This document shows positions 1 through 8,793 of a stretch of 64,000 bases of DNA, piece by piece. The stretch lies in the IMG/VR virus record IMGVR_UViG_3300029309_000017; one strand, 5' to 3'. Within the stretch, counting starts at the first letter, position 1. Each line of letters starts with the position of its first letter. Origin of the DNA: an uncultured virus (IMG/VR IMGVR_UViG_3300029309_000017) (Duplodnaviria > Heunggongvirae > Uroviricota > Caudoviricetes > Crassvirales). Under the pieces are notes generated by a model. That model was not told where the DNA came from. It did not search any database and saw nothing but the letters and a program-made list of their open reading frames with translations. Made by a program: the position numbers and the translations under genes.

Positions 1-2
1 AA

Positions 3-248
3 GACGCTAAAGAGTTTGATAAATACAAGAAAGATACTCCTTGTACTTATGCTGTTCAGTTTACAATTATAAACAACAAGCTTTGTATGTCTGTCTATAT
101 GCGTTCTAATGACATCTGGTACGGTTTCTGCAATGATCAGTATCAGTTTTCATCATTACAAAAAATGATTGCAGACAGATTAAATTTTGAAATTGGTTGG
201 TATTACCATCACGCGCATAATATGCACTTATATAACGATAAATTATAA
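3..248 (+). CDS. Thymidylate synthase-family protein, C-terminal part (5' truncated); dCMP hydroxymethylase-like
   Basis: Hand translation of frame 3: DTPCTYAVQF...MRSNDIWYGFCNDQYQF...HNMHLY*. Catalytic PC, RSND and HxY motifs present; Asp at the base-specificity position. Confidence 0.85.
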   Translation, partial: DAKEFDKYKKDTPCTYAVQFTIINNKLCMSVYMRSNDIWYGFCNDQYQFSSLQKMIADRLNFEIGWYYHHAHNMHLYNDKL

Positions 249-251
249 TTT

Positions 252-1028
252 ATGTATTATTTATACCACATTCCGGGTAAAAAAATCGGAGTTACACGTA
301 ATCTTAATAATAGAGTTACCCTTATACAAGGTTATGAGGAGGGAGAGTATGAAGTTCTTGACCAGTCAGAAGATATAGATTATATATCAGACAAGGAAAT
401 AGAACTTCAACAGTCTTACGGCTATAGGGTTGATCGTAAGAAATATAATGAGTTAATTAAATCTAATAAAATGAAAATAAACGTAACAGAACAAACTACT
501 ACGTTTCCATGTCCAGTTAATAAACTAAAAGGACAGCTGTTAGATAATATAGGTATGGAGTGGAAAACAGAGCACGGTACCTTACATATTACTAAAGCAA
601 CTGTAAAATGGATAATGGAAAATGTTAAAACATCTATGTATAATAACAATAGGTGTTATGTTTACAATAAAGCTTTTGCAAGAGCATATGACAATAGAGA
701 CATGTTTACAGAGCCTATGGTTCAATGCGAAGACGACGCAATGTTTAGTAGAATCAGAGAGTGGGCTCAAAGCAGAGGATTATATGAAAAAGGCAATACA
801 ATTACACAGTATGTAAAACTTCAAGAAGAAGCTGGCGAGCTAGCTAAAGCATTACTAAACAATGATCACGATGAAATAAATGATGCTATAGGTGATATAG
901 TTGTTGTATTAACAAACTTAGCACATCTACACGGCACAGATATAGAAACGTGTATAGCAGACGCTTACAAAGTTATTGCAAAACGCAAAGGTAAAATGAT
1001 TAACGGAACATTTGTAAAAGATGAATAA
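252..1028 (+). CDS. MazG-like NTP pyrophosphohydrolase fused to an N-terminal GIY-YIG-like domain
   Basis: C-terminal KLQEEAGELA...DAIGDIVVVL MazG motif; N-terminal YYLYHIPGKKIGVTRNLNNRV. Confidence 0.75.
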   Translation: MYYLYHIPGKKIGVTRNLNNRVTLIQGYEEGEYEVLDQSEDIDYISDKEIELQQSYGYRVDRKKYNELIKSNKMKINVTEQTTTFPCPVNKLKGQLLDNIGMEWKTEHGTLHITKATVKWIMENVKTSMYNNNRCYVYNKAFARAYDNRDMFTEPMVQCEDDAMFSRIREWAQSRGLYEKGNTITQYVKLQEEAGELAKALLNNDHDEINDAIGDIVVVLTNLAHLHGTDIETCIADAYKVIAKRKGKMINGTFVKDE

Positions 1029-1326
1029 ATACGTAGTAAAAACAGACGACAAAATTGTCGAACAAGTTATAGAGAAAATAGACAACCGTAGTCTTGTCGG
1101 TCAGGCTAAATACGGAGCAATGATGATGGAAGAAGTTGAAGGTAAAGATAAAGATCTTGACGACTTCTTATGTGATGTACAAGAAGAAATAATGGACGCG
1201 TTATTATATATTCAAGCTGCAAGAGCTTGTTTGCGTGATGAAATAGAAGAAGCTATGTTAAACAGAGCTAAACGTTTCAATGAAAATATTTCTAATATAG
1301 AAATCAATGAAGAAGAAGTATTATAA
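1021..1326 (+). CDS. Hypothetical protein, possible all-alpha dNTP pyrophosphatase-like
   Basis: KYG...QEEIMDALLY acidic helix motif; overlaps upstream stop. Confidence 0.5.
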   Translation: MNKYVVKTDDKIVEQVIEKIDNRSLVGQAKYGAMMMEEVEGKDKDLDDFLCDVQEEIMDALLYIQAARACLRDEIEEAMLNRAKRFNENISNIEINEEEVL

Positions 1327-1762
1327 AAAGAAAAGAGGTCCTGTACAATCAAAGAAAATAATATACGACGGTATAACATTTGCTTCAGGTCTTGAAAGAT
1401 ATATGTATCAAGCTTTAAAAAAGGCAAAGATCAAAGCTTTGTACGAAGGTCAAACGTTTGAGTTAGTACCTGGTTTTGACTTTGCTTTTGAAGCTTACGA
1501 ACGATGTAGCAATGGTAAAGGTGATTACAAAAATAGAGGTAATAAAAAGATTTTAAATATAAAATATACACCTGATTTTATAGGTAAAGGTTTTATAATT
1601 GAAACTAAAGGTAGAGCCAATGAATCTTTTCCAATACGTTGGAAGTTATTTAAAAAGTTAATAACTGAAAACAGATTAGGCCCGTTTACATTATATAAAC
1701 CACAAAATCAAAAAGAATGCGACGAAACAGTAAGATTAATACTGTCCAAGCTAAACGAATAG
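1307..1762 (+). CDS. T7 endonuclease I-like PD-(D/E)xK nuclease / resolvase
   Basis: FASGLE, YTPDF, IIETKG motifs. Confidence 0.75.
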   Translation: MKKKYYKKKRGPVQSKKIIYDGITFASGLERYMYQALKKAKIKALYEGQTFELVPGFDFAFEAYERCSNGKGDYKNRGNKKILNIKYTPDFIGKGFIIETKGRANESFPIRWKLFKKLITENRLGPFTLYKPQNQKECDETVRLILSKLNE

Positions 1763-1878
1763 CTAGACAGAAGTATGGCGAACGTCAGTTTGATAAGTGG
1801 ATTAAATGGAGATGGCAACAGTTCGGTAAAATAAAATATAAAGAATTAATACAAAAATGTAAAGAATATAAAATATGA
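1717..1878 (+). CDS. Small hypothetical protein (53 aa)
   Basis: Hand-translated MRRNSKINTVQAKRIARQKY...; fills the gap, ATGA overlap with next ORF. Confidence 0.5.
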   Translation: MRRNSKINTVQAKRIARQKYGERQFDKWIKWRWQQFGKIKYKELIQKCKEYKI

Positions 1879-2033
1879 AAGAAAAATGGAATTGGTCTTT
1901 GTCAGTAGGTTTTTATCCAGGTTTATTATTTGGAACAAGAGCTTACGAAGAGGCTAAACAAATAACATATGTGTTTTATATACCTTTTGTGGATATAGCA
2001 CTAGAAATACCATACAAAGATGAGTTTATTTAA
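1875..2033 (+). CDS. Small hypothetical protein (52 aa)
   Basis: Hand-translated MKEKWNWSLSVGFYPGLLFG...; coupled to both neighbours. Confidence 0.55.
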   Translation: MKEKWNWSLSVGFYPGLLFGTRAYEEAKQITYVFYIPFVDIALEIPYKDEFI

Positions 2034-2988
2034 AGAGAGAATACCCTACAAACCTTTTGAATATCCAATATATTACAATGAAGGTTGGTTAAAACAAGCT
2101 CAAGCGTTTTGGTTACACACAGAAATACCTATGTCAGGTGATGTTAAAGATTGGAACGAAAAGCTAACTGATGCTGAAAAAAATTTAGTTGGCAATATAT
2201 TATTAGGGTTTGCTCAAACAGAATGTGCAGTATCAGATTACTGGACACAAAAAGTCGTATCATGGTTTCCAAAACACGAAGTGCAACAGATGGCTATGAT
2301 GTTCGGCTCACAAGAAACAATACACGCTGTTGCATATAGTTATTTAAATGAAACACTGGGACTTGAAGACTTTGAAGCGTTTTTGCACGAACCGGCAACA
2401 TCGCAAAGGTTTGATAATTTGGTTTCTTATGACGGCAACGATCCTGTTGGCATTGGTAGAAGCTTGGCAATATTTTCTGCCTTCGCAGAGGGCGTTAGTT
2501 TGTATTCAGCTTTCGCTGTTTTATATTCTTTTCAATTACGAAATCTTCTCAAAGGAATAGGTCAGCAAATGAAATGGTCAGTAAGAGACGAATCATTACA
2601 TAGCCGCATGGGGTGTCAACTATTTAGACATATGTGTGAAGAAATACCTACATTAAAAGAAGATTGCAAAGAAGATATATATAAAGCAGCTAAAATAATG
2701 GTTGATCTTGAAGAAAAATATATAGACAAAATGTTTGAAATGGGTGACATTGAAAACTTAAAAGCAAACGATCTAAAACAGTTTATTAGAAAAAGAACAA
2801 ATGAAAAACTTATTGAACTGGGTTATACAGACAAAAGACGCTTCTTTAGCTTTGATAGAGCTGGCGCTGATGTACTTGATTGGTTTTACCATCTTACTGG
2901 TGGTCACACCCATACAGACTTTTTTGCAATTCGTCCAACTGATTACAGCAAAGCAAATGAAGGAGAAGATTTCGAAGATATTTGGTAG
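2020..2988 (+). CDS. nrdB: Class I ribonucleotide reductase beta subunit
   Basis: Di-iron ligands ETIHAVAY, AEG, RDESLH; FW near N-terminus; DFF near C-terminus. Confidence 0.95.
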   Translation: MSLFKERIPYKPFEYPIYYNEGWLKQAQAFWLHTEIPMSGDVKDWNEKLTDAEKNLVGNILLGFAQTECAVSDYWTQKVVSWFPKHEVQQMAMMFGSQETIHAVAYSYLNETLGLEDFEAFLHEPATSQRFDNLVSYDGNDPVGIGRSLAIFSAFAEGVSLYSAFAVLYSFQLRNLLKGIGQQMKWSVRDESLHSRMGCQLFRHMCEEIPTLKEDCKEDIYKAAKIMVDLEEKYIDKMFEMGDIENLKANDLKQFIRKRTNEKLIELGYTDKRRFFSFDRAGADVLDWFYHLTGGHTHTDFFAIRPTDYSKANEGEDFEDIW

Positions 2989-3181
2989 TAAAAATTGGCC
3001 AGTACGTATAGGTTATATGGGTGCTGGTATGATATTAGCAGCTCATTGGACACTAGAACCTATATTATTTATAGCTGGTTTTAGCTGCGTGCTAGTTCAA
3101 GTAACATATAGAAAACAATGGAACTTAGTTGTTTTAAATATAAACGGCTTAGTTGCATGGATAATACATTTTTTAAAATAA
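2957..3181 (+). CDS. Small membrane protein
   Basis: Likely start MKEKISK; two to three hydrophobic segments. Confidence 0.55.
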   Translation: MKEKISKIFGSKNWPVRIGYMGAGMILAAHWTLEPILFIAGFSCVLVQVTYRKQWNLVVLNINGLVAWIIHFLK

Positions 3182-3182
3182 T

Positions 3183-3374
3183 ATGCCACAGAATAAATTA
3201 AAATTAAAAGTAGAAGCTTTAACTAAAATAGTTAGAGACTTAACAAAACAATTAAACTCAACAAGAACTCTTTGTGAAGGAACATTAACAGCTTTTCAAT
3301 TTCATATAGGTAAAGATGAATGGGAAAAGATAGTAGAAGAATTGTATAATGTAGAAAAAAGAAAAAGTGATTAA
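3183..3374 (+). CDS. Hypothetical coiled-coil protein
   Basis: ORF in operon context. Confidence 0.55.
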   Translation: MPQNKLKLKVEALTKIVRDLTKQLNSTRTLCEGTLTAFQFHIGKDEWEKIVEELYNVEKRKSD

Positions 3375-3864
3375 AACTTTTTGGAACGAATTTGAAGATA
3401 ACTTAGAAGGTAAAATAAAAAATGTAAACGGTAGTTTTATGTTTATACCTTACATGCATGGATTAGAAGATCACATATATAAAAGTTATATAAGAGAATT
3501 ATTAAAGTTAGACTGGTTGCATCATAAGTTATATGTAGTTGGTGGTATACTCGAGGGTTGGCCAACAACAGATATTGACATATGTGTAACCGGTAAGGCT
3601 GATCACAGAACCAGAGACTTAATGCTACAAGCTAGAGCTATGGGGCCTTTTGATATGTATTGGGTAAAAACATATGATAAAATATTTAAAGGCAAAGATA
3701 ATGGAATAAAAGTTTGGAAGTTTGCTAAAGCTCATGATCGTTGGACTAAGTACGGTAAGCAATGGAATGGTAAATGGAAGAAAAACGGTTTATTTCATAT
3801 GTCAGGTTTGTTTCAACCAAAAGAAAATAGAAAATATACAAAAGACGCTAAACTAATAAATTAA
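3367..3864 (+). CDS. Putative pol-beta-type nucleotidyltransferase domain protein
   Basis: LYVVGGILEGWPTTDIDICV resembles hG[GS]x(7-9)DxD, with a later acidic strand FDMY. Confidence 0.5.
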   Translation: MIKTFWNEFEDNLEGKIKNVNGSFMFIPYMHGLEDHIYKSYIRELLKLDWLHHKLYVVGGILEGWPTTDIDICVTGKADHRTRDLMLQARAMGPFDMYWVKTYDKIFKGKDNGIKVWKFAKAHDRWTKYGKQWNGKWKKNGLFHMSGLFQPKENRKYTKDAKLIN

Positions 3865-3865
3865 T

Positions 3866-5560
3866 ATGTGGAACAATAAATGGAAAAAAGGAGTTGATTA
3901 CCCAGATTGGGGTGATAACGAAGTTTATAAAAAAACAATAGGAGGAGGATATTTATACAATGGAGAAACACCGAAAGAAGCGTATGAGCGAGTTGCTAGA
4001 ACAGTTGCGCGCAGATTACAGAAGGCCGAAATGGCAGAAAGTTTTTTTGAATATATATGGAAAGGTTGGTTATGTTTGGCCTCGCCTGTTCTTAGCAATA
4101 CTGGTACTGATAGGGGTTTGCCTATTAGCTGCTTTGGTATTGATGTCGCTGATTCTATTATTGACATAGGTCAGAAAAACTTAGAGATGATGCTACTCGC
4201 TAAACACGGCGGTGGAGTTGGTATCGGTATAAATCAAATAAGACCCGCCGGATCTAAAATTACTGGCAATGGAACAAGTGACGGAGTTGTACCTTTTTGT
4301 AAAATATATGATTCAACTATACTCGCAACAAATCAAGGATCTGTCAGACGAGGAGCTGCATCTGTTAATATCAACATTGAACATGACGATTTTGAAGAAT
4401 GGCTCGAGATTAGAGAACCAAAAGGAGACGTCAATAGACAGTCACTTAACCTCCATCAATGCGCGGTCGTCGGTGATAAATTCATGCGAAAACTTACTGC
4501 AGGAGATATTGACGCTAGAAGAAAGTGGAGCAAACTACTTCAAAAGCGCAAAGCAACTGGCGAACCTTATATTTTATTTAAAGGAAATACAAATAAGCAG
4601 AACCCAGCAGCTTACAAGGACAACGCGTTAAAAGTTCATATGACAAATATCTGTAGCGAAATAGTTTTGCATACAGATGAAAACCATAGTTTTGTTTGTT
4701 GTTTATCTAGCTTAAACCTAGCTAAATATGAAGAGTGGAAAAATACTAATATAATATATGACTCAATATGGTTTCTTGATGGAGTGCTTGAAGAGTTTAT
4801 ACAAAGAGCTAAATACAGAAAAGGTTTTGAAAATTCTGTAAGATCTGCTGAAAAAGGTAGAGCTTTAGGTCTTGGTGTACTTGGGTGGCATACGTATTTA
4901 CAAGAAAAAGGTTTACCATTTGAAGGTCTATTGTCACAATATGAAACAAGAAGAATATTCAGTCAAATCAAAATCGAAAGTGAACGTGCTAGTATGGCTC
5001 TTGCTGAAGAGTTTGGCGAGCCTCTCTGGTGTGTTGGTACTGGTATGCGCAATACTCACCTGCGTGCTATTGCTCCCACTGTTAGTAATAGCAAGCTTGC
5101 GGGAAATGTTTCACCAGGAATAGAACCTTGGGCAGCAAACGTTTTTACAGAGCAATCAGCTAAAGGTACGTTTATACGCAAAAACCCTACACTTGTAAAA
5201 GTATTAAAGAAGTTAAAATTAAACACAAAAGAAACATGGGACAAAATATTAGCAGATGGTGGTTCGGTACAAGATATAGAAGGTTTAAACGAAGATACCA
5301 AAGAAGTATTCAAAACATTTAAAGAAATAAACCAGCTAGAATTAGTTAGACAAGCTGGTATAAGACAACAATACATAGATCAAGGCGTAAGTTTAAACTT
5401 AGCTTTTCCTAGTGAAGCATCTCCTAAATGGATTAACCAAGTTCATTTAGATGCTTGGAAAAAAGGGATTAAGACTTTGTATTATATGCGTACTGAATCA
5501 GTACTCAGGGGAGATATTGCACAGCGAGCAATGGAGGATTGTATCGCGTGTGATGGTTAG
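3866..5560 (+). CDS. nrdA: Class I ribonucleotide reductase alpha subunit (no ATP cone)
   Basis: ISCF, GGGVG, TNICSEI, APTVS, DQGVS, KTLYYMR motifs; C-terminal CxxC. Confidence 0.95.
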   Translation: MWNNKWKKGVDYPDWGDNEVYKKTIGGGYLYNGETPKEAYERVARTVARRLQKAEMAESFFEYIWKGWLCLASPVLSNTGTDRGLPISCFGIDVADSIIDIGQKNLEMMLLAKHGGGVGIGINQIRPAGSKITGNGTSDGVVPFCKIYDSTILATNQGSVRRGAASVNINIEHDDFEEWLEIREPKGDVNRQSLNLHQCAVVGDKFMRKLTAGDIDARRKWSKLLQKRKATGEPYILFKGNTNKQNPAAYKDNALKVHMTNICSEIVLHTDENHSFVCCLSSLNLAKYEEWKNTNIIYDSIWFLDGVLEEFIQRAKYRKGFENSVRSAEKGRALGLGVLGWHTYLQEKGLPFEGLLSQYETRRIFSQIKIESERASMALAEEFGEPLWCVGTGMRNTHLRAIAPTVSNSKLAGNVSPGIEPWAANVFTEQSAKGTFIRKNPTLVKVLKKLKLNTKETWDKILADGGSVQDIEGLNEDTKEVFKTFKEINQLELVRQAGIRQQYIDQGVSLNLAFPSEASPKWINQVHLDAWKKGIKTLYYMRTESVLRGDIAQRAMEDCIACDG

Positions 5561-5576
5561 TTTGTTAGTTAGTTAG

Positions 5577-5603
5577 AGAAAGGGGCTTATGCCCCTTTTT
5601 TTT
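5577..5603. terminator. Bidirectional intrinsic terminator between convergent modules
   Basis: AAAGGGGC-TTAT-GCCCCTTT hairpin followed by a T-run. Confidence 0.8.
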
Positions 5604-5985
5604 ATTCTCCACATTTTTTACTTGGATCATCTACTCTTCTCCAGTCTTCCTTTTCAAACCAATCACGTAGTGTAGCACCTTTTTTACGAGCGCCTTTGAC
5701 ATTTGTTTTCGATGATCTTTTATATTTACCGCTAGCACCAGCAGACTTCTTAGCGTTAACTAGTTGTTTTCTTTTTTCTGGTGACATGCTTCTTATCTTT
5801 GCAGCAGGCAAACAAGTTTTAGTTGTACCACCACCTTTTTGTTTTTTATTTAATGGTGACTCAGCAACCATCTTTATAGGTGATGTACGTTTACGACAAC
5901 TACCCTTGCTACCAGGAGCAGTACCAGGAACTCTCTCATATCCTTTCCAGCATTTAAGAGGAGTTGTTCTTAATTTAAAACTCAT
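5602..5985 (-). CDS. Basic hypothetical protein with SP/TP-x-K motifs
   Basis: MSFKL start; TPLK, SPIK, SPLN; CWKGY and CLP motifs. Confidence 0.7.
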   Translation of the reverse strand: MSFKLRTTPLKCWKGYERVPGTAPGSKGSCRKRTSPIKMVAESPLNKKQKGGGTTKTCLPAAKIRSMSPEKRKQLVNAKKSAGASGKYKRSSKTNVKGARKKGATLRDWFEKEDWRRVDDPSKKCGE

Positions 5986-6185
5986 TACAAACTTCCTTTT
6001 TTATATTTAGACTTTCCATAATCTCTTCTATCATGTCTAAAGTTATTAATATCTTTTAAAGGTGTTGCTTTTTTAGCTTTTTCAGCAATCTTACCAACTA
6101 TAACTTTCTTTGCTAACATACCAAGTATTGGCGCTAGTTTAATAGGTGATTTACATTTTTGCGTGATTGGTATAGCTTTGTTCAT
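5985..6185 (-). CDS. Small basic protein with SPIK/TPLK motifs
   Basis: Translationally coupled ORF. Confidence 0.6.
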   Translation of the reverse strand: MNKAIPITQKCKSPIKLAPILGMLAKKVIVGKIAEKAKKATPLKDINNFRHDRRDYGKSKYKKGSL

Positions 6186-6646
6186 ATTACTTTATATTTA
6201 GTTTTGTTGTTACTATCTTTATAAGCTTTTAAACATCTGTTTCTATTATCTTCGTCGTTTACATAACTAACGTGCAACCAATTTGGGTTTTCGTCTGTAC
6301 CAAACTCCCATATTAACTGATCAAAGTTTAAGTTATCTTTTATCCAATGATACATATCAGCATTAGACATGTGACCAAATGTATCGTCAATATCCATTGC
6401 TTGTCCACTCATATGTTGTGATTTTTTAGCGCCACCTATAGCTTTATTAAGTTTAGGTCCGCGATAAAATGAATTTATTTTTACAGGAGCTCCTACGTGA
6501 GCTCTAAGAGGTTCAAATATTTTTTCAGCTGTAATCTTCATTGTAGCTAAATGTTCTTCGGTAGGAGTATTATCCAAGCCAATTCTATCTGCTGTTCTGC
6601 TATACACACCTTCGCGATAGCTTACGTGTTTACTTATTCTTTCCAC
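6182..6646 (-). CDS. Peptidase M15 family endolysin
   Basis: INSFYR, SQHMSGQAMD, WLHVS zinc-peptidase motifs. Confidence 0.85.
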   Translation of the reverse strand: MERISKHVSYREGVYSRTADRIGLDNTPTEEHLATMKITAEKIFEPLRAHVGAPVKINSFYRGPKLNKAIGGAKKSQHMSGQAMDIDDTFGHMSNADMYHWIKDNLNFDQLIWEFGTDENPNWLHVSYVNDEDNRNRCLKAYKDSNNKTKYKVI

Positions 6647-6869
6647 TTTTTCTACCCTTTCTTGCTTTACCGACTAGAGCATCGTCTATATCACCAATTT
6701 GATTACCAACTTCTTTTATCGCATCAGCAACATCTGCTAACTCTTGCGCTGTTAATTTATATCTCTTTTTAATTTCTTGTACCGTGGCAATAGCTTTTTC
6801 ATCTATAGTAGTTTTACTCCATAGAGCTTTCCACATATCTTTCCAGTACTGTTTAGTTAATTTCCACAT
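6630..6869 (-). CDS. Hypothetical protein
   Basis: ORF overlapping the endolysin start. Confidence 0.6.
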   Translation of the reverse strand: MWKLTKQYWKDMWKALWSKTTIDEKAIATVQEIKKRYKLTAQELADVADAIKEVGNQIGDIDDALVGKARKGRKSGKNK

Positions 6870-6872
6870 AAT

Positions 6873-7271
6873 TTAAAATTTACTTGCTTTGTTTATTTCA
6901 TTAATCGCTTCTTGTATTTCATTTAAATCAGCAGGTAATACAAGATCTAACCCTGCTTTAAACACTTCTTCTTTTATGCCGTCTTTAAATATAATTAAAG
7001 TAGGCGCCATTCTGACTTTATATTTTTTCTTTGCGTTTGGCGCTTTAGCTATATTAACCCTATAGTATATAGCGTTTTTTAATTTACCCCAATCAGAAAA
7101 ACTATTATCAGAATTAAACTCAGCCCAAAACTCTACAACTATAGGTTTTGTTTCATCATCACCAAAAGCTTCATTAGTGTTAATAGACTTTTCAAAATTA
7201 TTATCTGTTATCCACTCTTGAGCAGATGTATTAATCGATAATAACAATAAAATTATAATTAAGTATTTCAT
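6873..7271 (-). CDS. Secreted thioredoxin-fold protein lacking CxxC
   Basis: Signal peptide MKYLIIILLLLSINTSA; PIVVEFWAEFN and YKVRMAPTLIIFKDG Trx-like strands. Confidence 0.7.
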   Translation of the reverse strand: MKYLIIILLLLSINTSAQEWITDNNFEKSINTNEAFGDDETKPIVVEFWAEFNSDNSFSDWGKLKNAIYYRVNIAKAPNAKKKYKVRMAPTLIIFKDGIKEEVFKAGLDLVLPADLNEIQEAINEINKASKF

Positions 7272-7555
7272 TATCTTTGTTTTTGTATCTCATACAATCT
7301 TTCATCTATCTTTTCAATAGTCTCCTTTATCTCTTCAACATCTTCCTGCGTGTCCATGATTGTCTGTCTAATTAATTCGTCTTTTAAATCATATTCTACT
7401 CTATCAATAACTGGTTTTGGCAGTTCTTTAGCAAGAGCTATATCTGCTTGCATTACAAAGTATAAACTAGCTAATGATACTACACCGCCTATTATTATTC
7501 CTATTGTTTTAAGATCTAATGTTACTTTAGTATCTTCTCCTATTTGTTTTGCCAT
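7271..7555 (-). CDS. Single-TM coiled-coil membrane protein
   Basis: TM IGIIIGGVVSLASLYFVM followed by coiled coil. Confidence 0.65.
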   Translation of the reverse strand: MAKQIGEDTKVTLDLKTIGIIIGGVVSLASLYFVMQADIALAKELPKPVIDRVEYDLKDELIRQTIMDTQEDVEEIKETIEKIDERLYEIQKQR

Positions 7556-7557
7556 GA

Positions 7558-8793
7558 TTATCTAAATGTAAAGTTTATACCAAACGTTGTTATAAAAAAC
7601 TCTGAGTCCCACATTTTAGTATACTCGCCCTCAGCAAATACACCTATTGATTTACTAAGCTTCCACCCAATGTTTGCGCCGGCTTGATAATCCCACCATT
7701 GCTCTCCTTTTGCAGCATCAGCTAAACCATATTGGTCCCAGCTATTTCTATATAAGTATGATAACGGTATTCTACCTTTATCATCTTCATCACCCATAAC
7801 ATATTTGTGATGAGGTAAAAAAGCAGATCCATATAAATGAGCCCAGAACTTAGACTTATAGTGATACCAGTCAAAACCTACAACTGGACTTACTAAGCCA
7901 AAAGTTCCCGTGTTACCTAATACATCGTTATTATATCGAGATATTAATCTTTTGTATGGACCGTCTCTAAACTGAGGATCAGACGATGCTACTATTTGAC
8001 CTTCTGGATTCCACCAAAAATAACCACCAATACTTTCTTCTTCACCAGTTATAGGATTGTAAATATTAGTAGTATAATAAGCGTCTTGATACCCATATTC
8101 ATAAGCTAATTCATACCAGTAATTTTCTTGGTTACCGTTAGCATCTAAAGCACTAACCCATATCTCATAAGGATTAACACCATAAACTCTTTCATGTGTT
8201 CTAAAAGCTGCACCAGCAGATATGCTAAGTTTTTTACCAATAGGTAATCTAGCTCTAACATCTACAGCATTATAATTAAAATCAAAAGCACCTTGGTATC
8301 TTGATTCTAATTTAACAATATGATACTTACCAGTGTGTCTTAAAAAATATCTTTGATTATCCCATTCTTCACCTCTACGTCTTTCTTTTTCAAAATGAAA
8401 CAAATACTCCCAGCCTTTTACAGCTGACGTAGGCGCTATTAAAGCATTTTGTCTTTCTATGTTTTGGTCACCTGTCCAAAAATTACCTGGTTTTCTTTCG
8501 TAATCAAATCTACCCAATTTACGAATACCAAAACCTACTCTGTAGTCAGATGGAAAATACTCTGTAACATCAACAACTTCAGGAACATCATATAAACCAG
8601 CACCGTCTGGTTGTCTAATTAAGTATTTTTTATCGGATGACTCGTATGCAGCTCTGTAATCTCCAGCAGCATACACGGTAGCATACTTAAAAAAGTCTTC
8701 ATAAAACCCTTTAAAAAAGTTTTTCTTTTCTTTTTCTTGCGCGTTAATCGTAAATGTTAACATCGCTAAAATAATAACTAATATTTTTCTCAT
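7558..8793 (-). CDS. Putative outer-membrane beta-barrel protein
   Basis: Signal peptide; alternating aromatic beta strands; C-terminal FGINFTFR. Confidence 0.6.
   Translation of the reverse strand: MRKILVIILAMLTFTINAQEKEKKNFFKGFYEDFFKYATVYAAGDYRAAYESSDKKYLIRQPDGAGLYDVPEVVDVTEYFPSDYRVGFGIRKLGRFDYERKPGNFWTGDQNIERQNALIAPTSAVKGWEYLFHFEKERRRGEEWDNQRYFLRHTGKYHIVKLESRYQGAFDFNYNAVDVRARLPIGKKLSISAGAAFRTHERVYGVNPYEIWVSALDANGNQENYWYELAYEYGYQDAYYTTNIYNPITGEEESIGGYFWWNPEGQIVASSDPQFRDGPYKRLISRYNNDVLGNTGTFGLVSPVVGFDWYHYKSKFWAHLYGSAFLPHHKYVMGDEDDKGRIPLSYLYRNSWDQYGLADAAKGEQWWDYQAGANIGWKLSKSIGVFAEGEYTKMWDSEFFITTFGINFTFR

Noticed and set aside
4269..4631. 120-aa alternative-frame ORF inside nrdA (also 4872-5123)
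   Set aside because: No recognisable motif or clear compositional anomaly; treated as a shadow ORF, though not excluded.
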